From positions 248,001 through 312,000 of the forward strand of contig JBEWZL010000121.1 of assembly GCA_045837725.1 (NCBI GenBank): DNA of 64,000 bases, written 5' to 3'. Positions 39,552 to 52,514 of this stretch are shown here, one piece after another. The position numbers were made by a program, and so were the translations under genes. This stretch comes from Vermamoeba vermiformis. Its lineage: Eukaryota. The first letter of the stretch is position 1. The number at the start of each line of letters is the position of its first letter. The notes under the pieces were generated by a model. The model saw nothing but the letters and a program-made list of their open reading frames with translations. It was not told the DNA's origin and made no database searches.

Positions 39552-41448
39552 TTACTGTACAGGCTGATCGATCAGGGCATGGTCAGGCCCAGCAGAGGCC
39601 AGTGAGGTCTGCAGCAGCGGCAGATCAATGCTGTTCGTCACGCTGCTGTCCACCTCTTTCAGACTCGACTCGATCTGCTTCGCGTCCAAGCAGCAAATCA
39701 GTGCCAGCGCAGTCTGTGCGGTCGCGAGCAGATAGCCCTGTTGCTGCATGATGGCCTGCTCGTCGATGAACAGCTCCATGAAGGCCACGTGCGAGTAGAT
39801 GTGTGGCACATTGGCCTTGATCAGCGCATAGGCCATCAGCGGCAGCAATTCATCGCCACCGATCACTGGCGGAGACTCGCCGTTGACATGTGTCAATCGC
39901 CAGTGTTCGAGCACATTGTTGCAGATGCTCGTCGCTGCATCCACGAGACAGTGCAGCTTGGAACTCGCGAGTTTGTACTGACCAATCAGCTGCAGCGAGG
40001 CAATGGCCCTGGCATAGGGTTGTTTGCGCGGTTCAGCGTCGAGTGCGATGTGATTGGTCAGCCACAACTCGCGCTTGATGCCGAGGTGTGCGGGGTGAAT
40101 GTAACTGAACTCTTTGATGCGCTCGCTGTGCACCAAGTCCTCGGCCTCGTATCTCCGACACACGAGATCGAACAGCTGATCGTACACCGCGCACAGCACG
40201 TGATTGCGAATCGCTTCGCGCGCGTAGACGAGTCGTTGCGGACTGCGCAGTGGCTCGTAGTGCTTGACGGTCTTGTCGAGCAGCTTGAAGATGAAGTCGT
40301 CGAGCAGTTCAGTGACCTGTGCGACATTAGGCACCGTGCATATAAGGCATATATATGTATATACAGTACCTGCGTCAGGGTCTCAGCGCTGGGCTCACTC
40401 ATGCGCTGATAGGGCTCGTACCAGTGCTGCGTGAACTTGTGCAGTGCGGCCCCGAGCTTGTGTTGCGGCAGTGTGAGCACCATCTCCAAGTGCGCGCTGA
40501 TCAGTGTGCGCTCGTCCTCGGGATTGCGCTGCAGAGTGCGCAGCCACTTGCTGTCAAACTGCTCCAGCTGTCAACGGCTGTCAGTCACGTGATTGCTTTG
40601 ACACCTGTCAGTGGCGCACTTACCTCACGAGCGGAGAAATCAGCCGGAGCACTCACTTTGACATCTTCTGCAGGTCTCGGTTCGACACGTGTCATCATCG
40701 GCACGTGAAAATTTTGAAATTTTTGCTGAAATTGCGCCAATTGTTGCGCGAATCGTTGTTGCGCAGTCACGTGATCAGCGACTGTGACGGGCATTTGACG
40801 CGGCGTGTGTGGACTCGGCGGAGGTGTCACAGTGACACTTTTGGGTGCCAGTTGCTGTTGCTTAATTTGGTTAATCTGTGCCTGCTGTGTCTGCAGTTTG
40901 ACGAGCTGGTCTTGCAGCGCACTGATCTGTGCTTGAATCGGATCTGCGGCACGTGATTGGTCACGTGACTGCGTGTTGGTGACGATCACTTGATAGTTGC
41001 TGGTGGGTGCGTTGTTGACAATCACGTGATTGTTGTTTGCAGTTGTTCGCGTGCTGGATTTGGGCACTGCTGTCGCACTGCTATTTTTGGCAACAACTGG
41101 CTTGGCGCGCGGCTGAATCGTTGGAAAGTTAATTAGCATAATATCTTCAGATACTGGATATTATGTTATAGTGCGTTACTAGTCTATATACAACTGGTGC
41201 ACGGGGGTGGTAATTAATTAGTTAATTTCTCTTATAATTACCTGAATTTCCAATGAATTCGCGATCTGACGATCTGTTTCTATCTGAGTTTCATCGATGC
41301 AGCGATCAACATGTCGTTGAATGTGCTTGACATCGATAGATTTGAAGCATATTGGACACTCGACTGGCTGTGACATTGATTGACCAGAATTGACTTTAAT
41401 TTGATCTGAATTATTTACGGAAATATTAGTTGAACATTCAATTTCCAT
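39552..41448 (-). CDS. VPS9-domain Rab5 GEF with N-terminal UBZ-type zinc finger
   Basis: CPICFKSIDVKHIQRHVDRC (UBZ-like). KLHCL..IC..GGDELLPLMAYALIKAN..GYLLATAQTAL (VPS9). Start codon uncertain (41448 or 41376). Confidence 0.88.
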
Positions 41449-41778
41449 CGGTGACACTATTTTATCTATTATTATTATTTATATATAAATAATTACACGA
41501 TAATTTTCTATTGCAATATGACCTGCGCAATTTACAGCGGAAATTGAATTACCTTGATGATGTTGCGGATCTATCTGTAGTCTATTATCATTCAAATACT
41601 ATAGCAATAACGTGTATTAATGACGTGTGATCTATCTCTTCGTATGATGATGCGTATAACAAGTCGTTTTTCGTTTTTTCATTTTGTTCACGTCATGACG
41701 GGAGATTTCATGTCACGTGATCGCACGACTCCTCACACAACAAGCATTCAGCACTGTTCAAGTACACAACAGAGCACT

Positions 41779-44318
41779 ATGAGCACCACTACTACCACAA
41801 CAAATACCACGCAGGTGACGTTGAGTGCAGATCCGGCGTTCTTAAAGACACTTGCTGACGGACTGCCGCTGAATCCGCTGCCTCCACCCTGCACTGAACG
41901 TGACCCTAGTGTACCTCATGCGCCTAACAGACCTCTCAAGCTGACTAAAGAGGAGAAGAAGGTAACAGAGCTCAAACGTGCATTACAGATGTGTCTTGCA
42001 ATAACACAACGAGTCAATTGTCATCGAATTAACTAATATAATATACCATAATTGCCGAGGATAATTAGACGTCAAAATAATAGTCCTAATTTCAATTTAA
42101 TTACTGATCGGAATATTTTTAGGTTGCAATCCGCAATGCTCTCCGATACTTCCCGAAAGAGCTGCACAAACTGCTCGGCAAAGAGTTCTTAGAAGAGCTG
42201 GAACAATACGGTCATATTTACATGTACCGCTTCAGACCCACTTATGAGATCAAAGCCTATCCGATCGACGCGTACCCAGCCAAGACAGCGCAGGGCCGTG
42301 CCATCATGCTGATGATTATGAACAATCTCGACAAGCGCGTGGCGCAGTTCCCGCACGAGTTGATCACGTACGGCGGCAATGGCAGTGTGTTCCAGAACTG
42401 GGCGCAGTATCACGTGACTATGCAGTATTTGAGTGCCCTGGTAGAGAGTCAGACCCTGACCATGTACTCGGGACATCCCATGGGCCTCTATCCCTCGCAC
42501 CCTGGCGCACCCAAAGTCGTCATCAGCAATGGCATGGTGATTCCCAATTACGCCACGCGCGAGGAGTACGCATCCATGGTGTCACGTGACTTGTACTAAT
42601 TAGGAAATATTTGCAGATATGATCGCATGTACGCGATGGGAGTGACGCAGTACGGTCAAATGACAGCTGGCAGCTACTGCTGTAAGTACCTGACACGTGA
42701 CGCGCACGCAGCACACTAATTGACACGTGTCAGACATTGGTCCGCAAGGTATCGTGCACGGCACAGCTCTCACAGTGCTGAATGCAGGACGCAAGTACTT
42801 GGGCGTGGAGTCACTGCGCGGCAAAGTGTTCGTGTCCTCGGGGCTCGGAGGCATGTCCGGTGCACAGCCCAAAGCCGCGGTGATTGCGGAGGCCATCTCC
42901 GTGATTGCAGAGGTGGACAAGCGCGCCATTGACAAGCGACACGCGCAGGGCTGGGTGATGGAAGTGATTGACAATGTCGAGCAGTGCATTGCGCGCATCA
43001 AGACCGCACGTGTGGAGGCCAAGCCACTCAGCATTGCCTTTTATGGCAATGTGGTGACACTGTGGGAGCGACTAGCGCAAGAGACCGAGCTGTTGGTGGA
43101 CTTGGGCTCCGATCAGACCAGTCTGCACAACCCCTACAACGGCGGCTATTATCCCGTGCAGTGTTCGTTCGAGGAGGCCAATCAGCTCATGATCTCCGAC
43201 CCTGCCAGATTCAAGTACGTAACGGCGAGGAGTAATTCCGCTGTAGCTGACACGTGTCACACAGAGAACTGGTGCAAGAGTCGATTCGTCGTCACGTGAC
43301 AGCCATCAACACACTGGCAACCAAGGGCATGAAGTTCTGGGACTACGGCAACAGCTTGTGAGTGCAGCTATTTTTAGTGTGAGCATTTTGACTGACGGGT
43401 GGTGCTATTTTTAGCTTGTACGAGGCCGTGAATGCCCAGGCAGACATCTACAAGTCCGCCACGGAGCTCAAGTACCCCTCGTATGTGGAGGACATTATGG
43501 CAGACATCTTCTCCCTCGGCTTCGGACCCTTCCGATGGGTGTGCACCTCGTGTGACCCAGCAGATCTGCGCCTCACCGATCAAGCCGCTGCAGCCATCTG
43601 TCAAGAGCTCAGCGCGCAGCGAGCAGACACGCCGAGTGGTGGGCAGTACAAGGACAACTGGCTCTGGGTCACGCAAGCGGAACAACACGCGCTCGTGGTG
43701 GGCAGTCAGGCACGCATTCTCTACAGGTACGCGGCTATTTATAGCTCCTTCCTGATCGGGCACTAACCTCAGGGCAGCGATGTCGTGGGTCGCATTCGCA
43801 TGGCCGTGCAGTTCAACGACATGGTGCGGGACGGCGTGTTGAAATCTCCCGTGGTGATCAGTCGCGATCATCACGATGTCTCGGGCACCGACTCGCCCTG
43901 GCGCGAGACCTGTGACATGCGCGCACTCGATCGATCGCAGTACTGTGCTGACATGGCCACGCAGAACTTTGTCGGAGATGCGCTCCGAGGTGCAGATTGG
44001 GTGGCACTGCACAACGGTGGTGGCACGGGCTGGGGCAATGCGATCAACGGCGGCTTTGGACTCGTGCTCGATGGCTCGGACTCGGCGCGGCAACGTGCTG
44101 TCACACTGCTGTTCTGGGACGTGCTGAATGGTGTCTCGCGCCGCGCGTGGGCTGGCAACAAGAACGCGCTGTGGGCTATAGTCGATGCAATGCTGCACTA
44201 CGCGCACCCGAATCTGATTGTAGATCTGCAGTCGCAGGGCGTGGATCTGAATCAACTGCGCGTGACATTGCCGAATTTGGCCGAGCAAGATGTGTTGGAT
44301 GAGCTCTTCCAGGACTAG
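41779..44318 (+). CDS. UROC1: Urocanate hydratase (eukaryotic long form)
   Basis: NALRYFP, YGHIYMYRFRP, NNLDKRVAQFPHELITYGGNG, GQMTAGSY, IGPQGIVHGT, SSGLGGMSGAQ, SDQTSLHNP, GSQARILY, ISRDHHDVSGTDSP. Confidence 0.98.
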
Positions 44319-44368
44319 ACTAGCGCTCTATATATATATACATATGCAGCTGTATTAAATATAGTTTA

Positions 44369-45262
44369 TTACTTCTTGTTGAACGACAGACACACGCTGT
44401 TCATGCAATAGCGCTGACCTGTGCAACCATCGATGAGTTATATACACACATGATGAATTATATAGACATATGATGAATTATATAAACGCACATGATAGGT
44501 CATATATATTTAACACTACGTACCTGTGGGTGCTGGTCCATCCTCGAACACGTGGCCCAAGTGCGAGCCACACTGCAGCAGTGATTAGCCACCGATCCTT
44601 ATACTGTCACACTACGTACCGCACTGCACTTCACTTCGGTGCGCGTCATGAATGGAATGCTGTCGTCTGTCGCCTCTTCGACCACATCTGGCTTGAGCGG
44701 CTACACAAGGCAGGTTACTACCACCACTACTTGGTGCGCCATATCACTGCCTACCTTAAAGAACGAGGGCCAGCCAGTACCAGAGTCGAATTTAGTCGCT
44801 GAATCGAACAGCTCCTGTCCGCACGCCACGCACGAGTAGATGCCAGACCCGTGATGGTCCCAGTACTTGCCTGTAAAGGCGCGCTCAGTGCCCTTCTGAC
44901 GACTAAATGCATTGAGTATAGTACTATACTGGTGCAGTCAGAGGTCATTCTACGTACCAGACGTAATATTCTTCTGGATTTAATGTCTTCTTCCACTCTT
45001 GCTCAGTTTTATTCACTTTATCTGCATAATAATCGTGAATATATTGATGCGTGTGCCCTCGTTATGGTATTGAAGACTTACAAGCGAGAGATCTGGACTT
45101 GGTGCGCGAGAACAACGCCGTGCAGTGTTAAGAAAATACAGTGGAAATTTTAAATGAAGACAATAGGACTATTCTGTATATATAATAAGGATATTGAGCT
45201 TTGACTGCAGACACAACCACAGCGCGGCGCGTGACCAATCGAGCGAAACATTTCTGCAACAT
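44369..45262 (-). CDS. MSRB: Methionine-R-sulfoxide reductase MsrB (Cys form); 5' end uncertain
   Basis: Spliced: [70 protein letters not shown]. The upstream ATG at 45262 meets an in-frame TAA unless another intron exists. Confidence 0.93.
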
Positions 45263-45516
45263 TGCTGATTAAATAACAATAGGACGAGTAGTGTGGTGTA
45301 CAAGAGTGAATGAGTGCTAGTACTATACTCGATTCACTGCCCTGGTGAACACGCCCTGTGTGCGGTCACGCGAGAATGTCAGCACGGGAGGCACATGGTC
45401 CGAGCAATGTTTATTGCTGGCCTGTGGTACGACAGTATCAAGCTGGTTCAAAGCTACGCACAACACTCACCGCGACCTAATAAGGAAATGTTGTTTTATG
45501 TACAAATAAATACAAT

Positions 45517-46909
45517 TCACTGCGCGTACATGTAGCCAATCAGCGACGAGTACACCATCAGTTCCAGCACGAACATCACCACCCATCGCGGATCTAGTGC
45601 ACGTGACGAGGACTGCGTGCTCTGTGACACGTCATTGACACCGCGCGTGACATGAGTGACACGTGTCAATTGGAAGTCCCACGGATAACCTGTCACACTG
45701 CTCCGCGCAGTCACGAGCTGTCGATAAGTGGTGGGATCCACACGTTCAGGTGGGTGCAGTGTCATCACGTGACGCGCACGTGACAGCAAGTGCGTGTAAT
45801 CGAGCACGTGATAGTCAATCTCGCGCGTGAGATAGTGGTGTACAGCACCGTAGTCACACGTCAATGCGAGGACTGACGTGCGATGTGTCATAACAATCTG
45901 TTCAGTGAATGGCGTTAGTCGATGACACGTGTCACATCAAGTGTCAAACACGCACCTCAGCCGCGACGTACAGCATGGTCATGGGGTGCAAATTCATCAG
46001 CGTGTCAAACAGCCGCGACACCAGTGACAGCTCATCGATCACGTGACTCATCCACGTGACTACCCAGCTCAGTGCAAAGTACGGCTGAATCTCCGATGCT
46101 TCCAAAAATAGAAACAGCTCTTGATCGCACTTGCTAATGATGGTCATGATCAGGTGCATTTGCAGCTGCAGCAGATCCGCTGAACTGCGACAGTAGTCCT
46201 GCAAACAGAGCGTGAGTGCGGTGCTAAAAATAGCTCAATCTCGTACTCGGAGATGCGTGCGAGCCAATCGATCGAGCAGGGCAAAGGCGAGGGGCACATC
46301 ATCGCACTCGAGCAGCAGCACGGAGGCGACATCGTGCAGGCCCTGGTAGTACTTGAGTTGTTCGTGCGGTTCATCGACCAGGGCTGACTTGGACAGCAGT
46401 GCGTGCAGCAGCGTCGCGAGATCACGTCGCTTCAAGTCACGTGTGTGTTTGTTCTCGATCAGCTTCCACAACGACCGATCGACGTCTTTGTCGACCTGAT
46501 CCCACTCACCGTGACGATGAGTTAAATACTCTGACAATATTAATTAATATCGTTAGTGGTTGCTGACAGAACAGTGACATACTGCGTGGATCTTCTAGCT
46601 GATCAGGAGAAATATTCAACAAAATTGGCCACGCTTTTCTTCGAATAGAAGAGGTAATTAGACCGAGATTGGCTTCTTCTCTGAGTCTGCTGACGTCGAT
46701 CTGCAAGTAGAGAATTATTAACGCATTCTCTCAGTCTGAGATCCGTTTCATTTCAGAGGCAATTTAATGCACAAAAGAGCGAAAATATTGGCCATTAATT
46801 TTAGGCAGTAAATACGTACTGGATCTGAGTTCAGCAAGTTAGTTATGGTAATTACGCGCTTGAGATCGTGCTCGCGCTGTCGATGCAGGCCCGTGGCTCT
46901 GCGCCGCAT
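45517..46909 (-). CDS. TBC1D20: TBC-domain Rab GAP, TBC1D20/Gyp8-like, with C-terminal hydrophobic anchor
   Basis: GLITSSIRRKAWPILL, QVDKDVDRS, YYQGLHDVASV, PYFALSWVVTWMSH, SRLFD; terminal hydrophobic stretch. Confidence 0.9.
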
Positions 46910-47069
46910 GGTGTTCTATATACAGTGCTAATAGTATTATTGTTGTTGCTGATAATAATGGCCATGTCAGACACTAGTGACGTCACCAAGTAGATTTCGC
47001 GTCACGTGATCATATTACTAAATAAGGAAGTGCTTCCACTATTATGTTAAACTCGCTATTTACAATGGA

Positions 47070-48179
47070 CTAATACGATACAAGACTGAAGCCACTGCCA
47101 GATCCACTCTCATCTTCGTCGTCACTGCTAGCCTCGCCCTTGACGACAATAGGCGCACTCTGACTATCACTCTTGTGCGTGCTGCCACTCTGACTCTCGC
47201 TCTTATTCTCAGCACGCGCATGCTCCCCCCGCGCCTTGACTACGAGCTGCACGTTCTTGTGGAGCACGTGTCGCACGCTGCTGTCACTCGCTTTGGACTT
47301 GACGGGCAAGCGCGGCAGTGGTGCTTTGAACGCATCTGCAGCACTCTCCTCGCTGCTCGCACTGTCGCGCTTGGGCACACTGATCACTGGTCCCAAGGCA
47401 TCGATCAGGGCCTTGCGTCGCTTGTGTGCGCGCTCCTCCTCGTCCTGCTCCTCGTCCACCAAGCGTTGCACGTACTCGCCGCGCTCGCGCTGTGCCAGCA
47501 TGTCCAGCAACTCCTCGTCATCGTCGCCGAGCTCAATGTCCGTGCGTTCCATGGCCATGTGTTCGTTCTCCTTGCGCATTTGTTCGAGATGATGTTCGAG
47601 CAGCTGATCCGCTGAAATCTTTTGGTGGATCGCGTTCACCGTACGGATCTCGTCTAAGCCTTCTAAAATATCCATCTCCATTTTACTGTCCATGGTCTTG
47701 TTCTCGAGTGCTTTCATGGCATCACCTAGCGATGGAATAGTAATTAGACAAATAAAAATAATAATTATAATAATTACAATTCACTTACCTTGTTCTTCTT
47801 CTGCGCGCTTCTTCTTAAATTCCTCTACCATGCGCTCATTTTCTTTATTTTGTTCAAAATTTCTCGTAGCGCCCATCTCGCAAGTGTAATCAGCATTTTT
47901 CGGATCTGTTTTGATCGTGATCTCTGAGCTGCATCGCGTGCATCGCACGTAAAATCGATAAATCTTAATGCCTAAATACTCTTCGCCAGCCACGGTCTCT
48001 TTGCGCGCATTGAACTTCTTGCCTTTGTAGATGTATTCACCGCAACTCGTGCAGCGAATAGACATGGGCATCATAATGCGCACTTTGACCTGATCATTCT
48101 TCGGTCTCTTGCGCTTGACGAGCAGCGAGGGATCAAAGTCCACGGGGTAGTACTTGTTGATCACTTTGCGCTCACCCAT
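47070..48179 (-). CDS. YJU2: Splicing factor Yju2/CCDC94
   Basis: [66 protein letters not shown]. Confidence 0.97.
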
Positions 48180-48258
48180 CGCTGTTGTTGTTGTTGTTGT
48201 GCTGCGCGAGAACAATAATAGGTAATACTATTGAATCAGTTCTTGAACACCACAACTC

Positions 48259-49657
48259 ATGTTGCAACTGTGCAAGAGCTTCGGCAAGCTAGTCCAACAC
48301 ACCGCTGCACACCAAGGGAAGGTGTTCGCTCGCAGTCACGCGCGACGAGTGCTGCACAATTCGACACATCCGAAGAAATCTCACCGGATCAAAATAGGTC
48401 TTGTCGCCACGACAACGGCGCTGATTGGCATGGGGTAAATCAAAGTAATAGAGCTCGCCATTGGTACCAGGCATTAATATCCGCGTCAGATACATGGCCT
48501 GGACGCCGCGCCAGTCCCCGGGATATTCCGCTGCCACCCTGTCGGAGCGCTCTCCGTTCGACGACGAAGAGAACAGCGCTACTTTCCAGCGCCACGACCA
48601 CCGCGACTATCCGATTGAATATGCTGCATTGAGCTATGCACCCAACGTACCACCGCCCATTACCCGCAAATTCCCGGTCAGATTGCGTGTCGATATGGAA
48701 GCCTATCCTCGCGTCATGCAAATTGATGACCTGCACCAATTCGAGTAATGCGTTATATATATATATCTATTATATGCACCGTGACTAGTCTTAATCGCCA
48801 TTCTGTCGGTCAGATTCTGGACTTTCAACGGCGCAGTGCCAGGCCCCATGATACGCGCGCGAGTGGGCGATGTGATGGAACTGAGCTTCACGAACAGAGA
48901 TGAGAGTGGCATGCAACACAACTTGGACTTCCACGCGGTGACTGGACCAGGCGGAGGGGCACCACTGACCACATCCGACTTGAACGAGACGCGCTACTCG
49001 CACTACAAGCTGCTGAGTCCCGGCCTATTCATCTATCACTGCGCAGTAGACCCTGTAGGCATGCACATTGGCACGGGCATGTGGGGCATGATGCTGGTGG
49101 AGCCCAAAGAGGGTCTGGCGGCGGTGGATCGCGAGTTCTATGTGATGCAGAGCGACTTTTACGCGGAACCGAGTGCTGATGCAGCCACGGACCCGCAAGC
49201 TAGCTCCAATGTACTCGAATTTTCAATGGAGCGCGGGGTGGATGAGAGACCTACGCACGTGGTGTTCAACGGTCGCGTGGGAGCGCTGCAGAACGAGGGC
49301 AAGCTGCGCGTGCGGCAAGGTGAGCGCGTGCGCATCTATTTTGGCAATGCAGGACCCAATCTCATCTCGAGCTTTCACACCATTGGCGTCACATTCGACA
49401 AGGTCTATCGCGAGGGTGATCTGGTCAGTGCACCTGCGCGGCATATTCAGACCACACTAGTGCCTGCAGGAGGTGCAGTAGTCGTCGAATTCGACGCTGT
49501 AGTGCCTGGCACGTACACGCTGCTGGATCATTCGATTTGGCGCACGGAGAAGGGGGCGGTGGGCTTTCTGGAGGTAGTTGGTGACAATCCGCGCAGTGAT
49601 CTATACTCCTCGCCACACCCGCCCAAGCTGTGTCCGACCTGCAAGCTGCATCCGTAG
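48259..49657 (+). CDS. nirK: Copper-containing dissimilatory nitrite reductase, 3 exons, with N-terminal targeting extension
   Basis: FWTFNGAVPGPMIRARVGD, HNLDFHAVTGPGGG, YHCAVDPVGMHIGTGM, GNAGPNLISSFHTIG, LLDHS. The type 1 and type 2 Cu ligands and the catalytic Asp/His positions are all present. Confidence 0.95.
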
Positions 49658-49787
49658 TTGTGTGACCTGTGTGCGTGTAAATGAAGCAATAAATAATGCG
49701 AGCAACGCACTTGTAACTGTGTGTTGAGCGAGGCACTGACACTCAAGGAGCACAAGAGGTACTCATGCGCAGTGCAGTGACTGGGTG

Positions 49788-52514
49788 ATGTCGTTCAATC
49801 TTGTGGGAGTGGATCTGGGTGAAGACGACTCCATTGAAATCGTTAACGATGAATCGCCTCTCAGAAATTCAGATAAGCAGGTGAGGTCCAATATATTATG
49901 ACTTAACATTGCCAACACGTTACGAGCATGCACAGCTTTTCTTTTAATTTTTATTAATTATTTTTATGGATCCAGGAAAATAACAATAACAACAAGCAAC
50001 AAAAGAAACCAAAAAACAAACGGGAACAAACGAATAATAAAGCAAAACTAAGTAAGCTGAATAACATTCGTACCAAACACCGATCTGACAGTTGTTGATC
50101 CAGATCTCACCTACACGCTCGACAAGGACGACGAGCCCATGCATTCAACTCTGCATCGTAAACAGATGCGCAGTAAGTAGTACGACTAGCAATGTGGCGC
50201 TGTCTAACGCTGTTCCAGTCTACTCGCGCCCGCACAAGCCAGGCTCTAGTAAAACTCATACTAGTAATAATAATACTACGAGCACCCCTCATAGCACCAC
50301 TCATAGCACCACTCATAACCACGTACTGGCCGACACAGTGCTCGTGTTGCCCACCAGTCAGCCGCGCTCCAAACGCACGCGCGAACAGGACGAGGAGAGT
50401 GCACCAGCTGCGAAGAAACAGCGCGCTGAGGCACAACCTTTTTTGGAAAAACTCACTGAGAAATTCCGTGCCCCTCAGCCAGTGATCTCATTGCCAACTA
50501 AGGTAACTGTCTCGAGTGAGGAGAAGAAGCGGAACAATTCGCACAAGCGAGTGACAGCAGAGTCACGTGACAGCCCTGGCAGACCTAAACAGCCTGCCAA
50601 ATTAGGCAAAGAGGGCTCTGTATTCCGAGCGGGGAGTGCACACAAGCCTTTGACCGTGTCAGATGAAATGACACCTGTCAAACAGGACACCTGTCAAACA
50701 GACTGTCAAAGAGACACCTGTCAAACAGACACCTGTCAAGACCAAGCCACATGTCACGGAGTCGTCACGTGATCAGGAATCGGTTGAAGTCGTGATTCTG
50801 AACGACGAACCTGAATCTCCGCCGCAGGAGATTGAATCACGTGCCAGCCACACCTTTTTGGACATGACACGTGACGAGCAGTCGGAGCACGAAGACGAAT
50901 CGAGTTCCAGTCTCGATCAGAGCTTCGATCTGTTTGACAGTCAGCCCCTCACCGCGTCACGTGACTCCAAGATCGGAACTCTGCCCCGACTGGCCCTGGT
51001 GTGCATGCAGATCGATCGACTGGTCGTGCGCGACACAGATGTCAAAGGCGAGTTCGTGCTGCGTGTCAAAGCGCATCACCTGTCAGTGAGTGCTGTCGCT
51101 GCCAGCAGTCCTCCGATCGAGATCGAAATCTCCGAGCTCGTGCAGGTGCAATATTCCGCGCTGCATCGACTGATCGTGCTCAGACTCAAAACTGTGCCCG
51201 CGAGTCTCAGTGGCTTCTGGCACCACAAAGGTACGTACAAGCACCTGCTGGCACCTGGCACTGATGCTATTTTTAGACCGGCCCTACATGGCACTCATCC
51301 TGGCCGAGGAGCTGAGTGAAGAGCACAAGCGTCATTTGCAGACTTTGCTGACAGCGGAGAAGCGCAAATTAGACAAGTACGACGACCGCAAGCTAAAAAT
51401 AGACCTCGCGCCCGAAGTATACGAGCAGTACATCAAGGGTCGCCAGCAGGGTGTTGATCTCACGCTCAGCTCCGATCACGTGCCACTCGAGATACACGGC
51501 GAGATACACCACAGCGATGAGGCACGTGACGATGCTGAGTACCGAGCACGTGATTCGGACTCGCCTCCGCGCAGCACGCGAATTCTCCGCTCATCACGTG
51601 CGAGTGTGCAGTCCGCGGAGGAGATACACGCGGAGATTGAACACAAGCGCGCGAATGTGTTGTGCGTGTGGCCCAAAGGAGCACGTGACAGCGTGTCAAT
51701 CACGGAACTGGACCTCGCGCGCCTGGAGCCGAATGAATTCTTGAACGACGTGATCATCGACTTCTATCTCATGTGGATCCGAGATCGCATTGTGCCACCA
51801 CAGCTGCGGAACAAAATCTATTTTTACAACTCGTTCTTCTACAATCTGCTCACGCGCAAGAGTCAGGGCTACCACAAGGTCAAGAAGTGGACCAAGCACG
51901 TGAACATCTTCGACTACGACTACCTCATCGTGCCCATCAATCAGCAGTACGTACTCTTACACTAATGAAACAATGCATACAGTACTCATCACGTGCTTGT
52001 AGTTTTCACTGGCGCGTGTGCATTGTGTACCAGCCCCGCCGCCTGGTGACCACGAGTGACAGCGAGGAGAGCGACGATGCGCCCTATTTGATCATGTTGG
52101 ACTCGCTGCAGGGCAGTGCGGGCAGTGTGTACCGTGCCATCAAAGAGTAAGCTATATTTAGTCACAGGGGGCCTCACTGACCTCGTCAGATATTTGCAGA
52201 AAGAGTGGCAGGACAAGCAACACGCCCCCGATGTGTCACTCGACTTGACACGCCTCAAGACTGTGATGCCCAAAGCACCTACGCAAGACAATCACTATGA
52301 CTGTGGCATATTTGTGCTGCAGTACGTCGAGTCATTCTGCGCCAAACCAGTCCAGAGTCCCAGTGACATCACTGCGAATTGGTTCCCTGCCAAAGTGATT
52401 GCACGCAAGAGACGCGAGATCAAGGCAATCATCTTGAAGCTCGCTGAGGAACAGGGCCACCCTATCAGCAACAAGACCAACCATGAGTCCCATGGGCAGG
52501 ATTCACAAGATTAA
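49788..52514 (+). CDS. Ulp1/SENP (peptidase C48) SUMO protease, Ulp2/SENP6-7-like; apparent +1 frameshift at ~50685
   Basis: DLARLEPNEFLNDVIIDFYL, YNSFFY, VKKWTKHVNIFDYDYLIVPIN, HW, LDSL, QDNHYDCGIFVLQYVE. The 5' exons are less certain. Confidence 0.92.

Noticed and set aside
43374-44288. Long antisense ORF (304 aa) and similar overlapping ORFs opposite AP2A, VPS9 and the CBM gene
   Set aside because: Expected shadows of GC-rich, codon-biased genes. No recognisable motifs.
44437-44498. ~22-nt imperfect tandem repeat in an MsrB intron (similar 13-nt doublet near 24665-24690)
   Set aside because: Short AT-rich intronic slippage duplications with no further structure.
44369-45262. MsrB as a selenoprotein, or stop-codon reassignment suggested by an in-frame TAA near the 5' end
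   Set aside because: The catalytic motif is RYCMNS with TGC. TAA, TAG and TGA all end genes in this window. An unresolved 5' exon structure is the simpler explanation.
49940-50080. A/C-rich AACAA-type tract resembling telomeric or satellite sequence
   Set aside because: No fixed repeat unit. It lies within the inferred first intron of the Ulp1 gene.
49788-52514. Host Ulp1/SENP gene as part of the transposon
   Set aside because: It has host-like composition and palindrome enrichment, a typical SENP6/7-like structure, and its own AATAAA before the island. Adjacency alone is not evidence.
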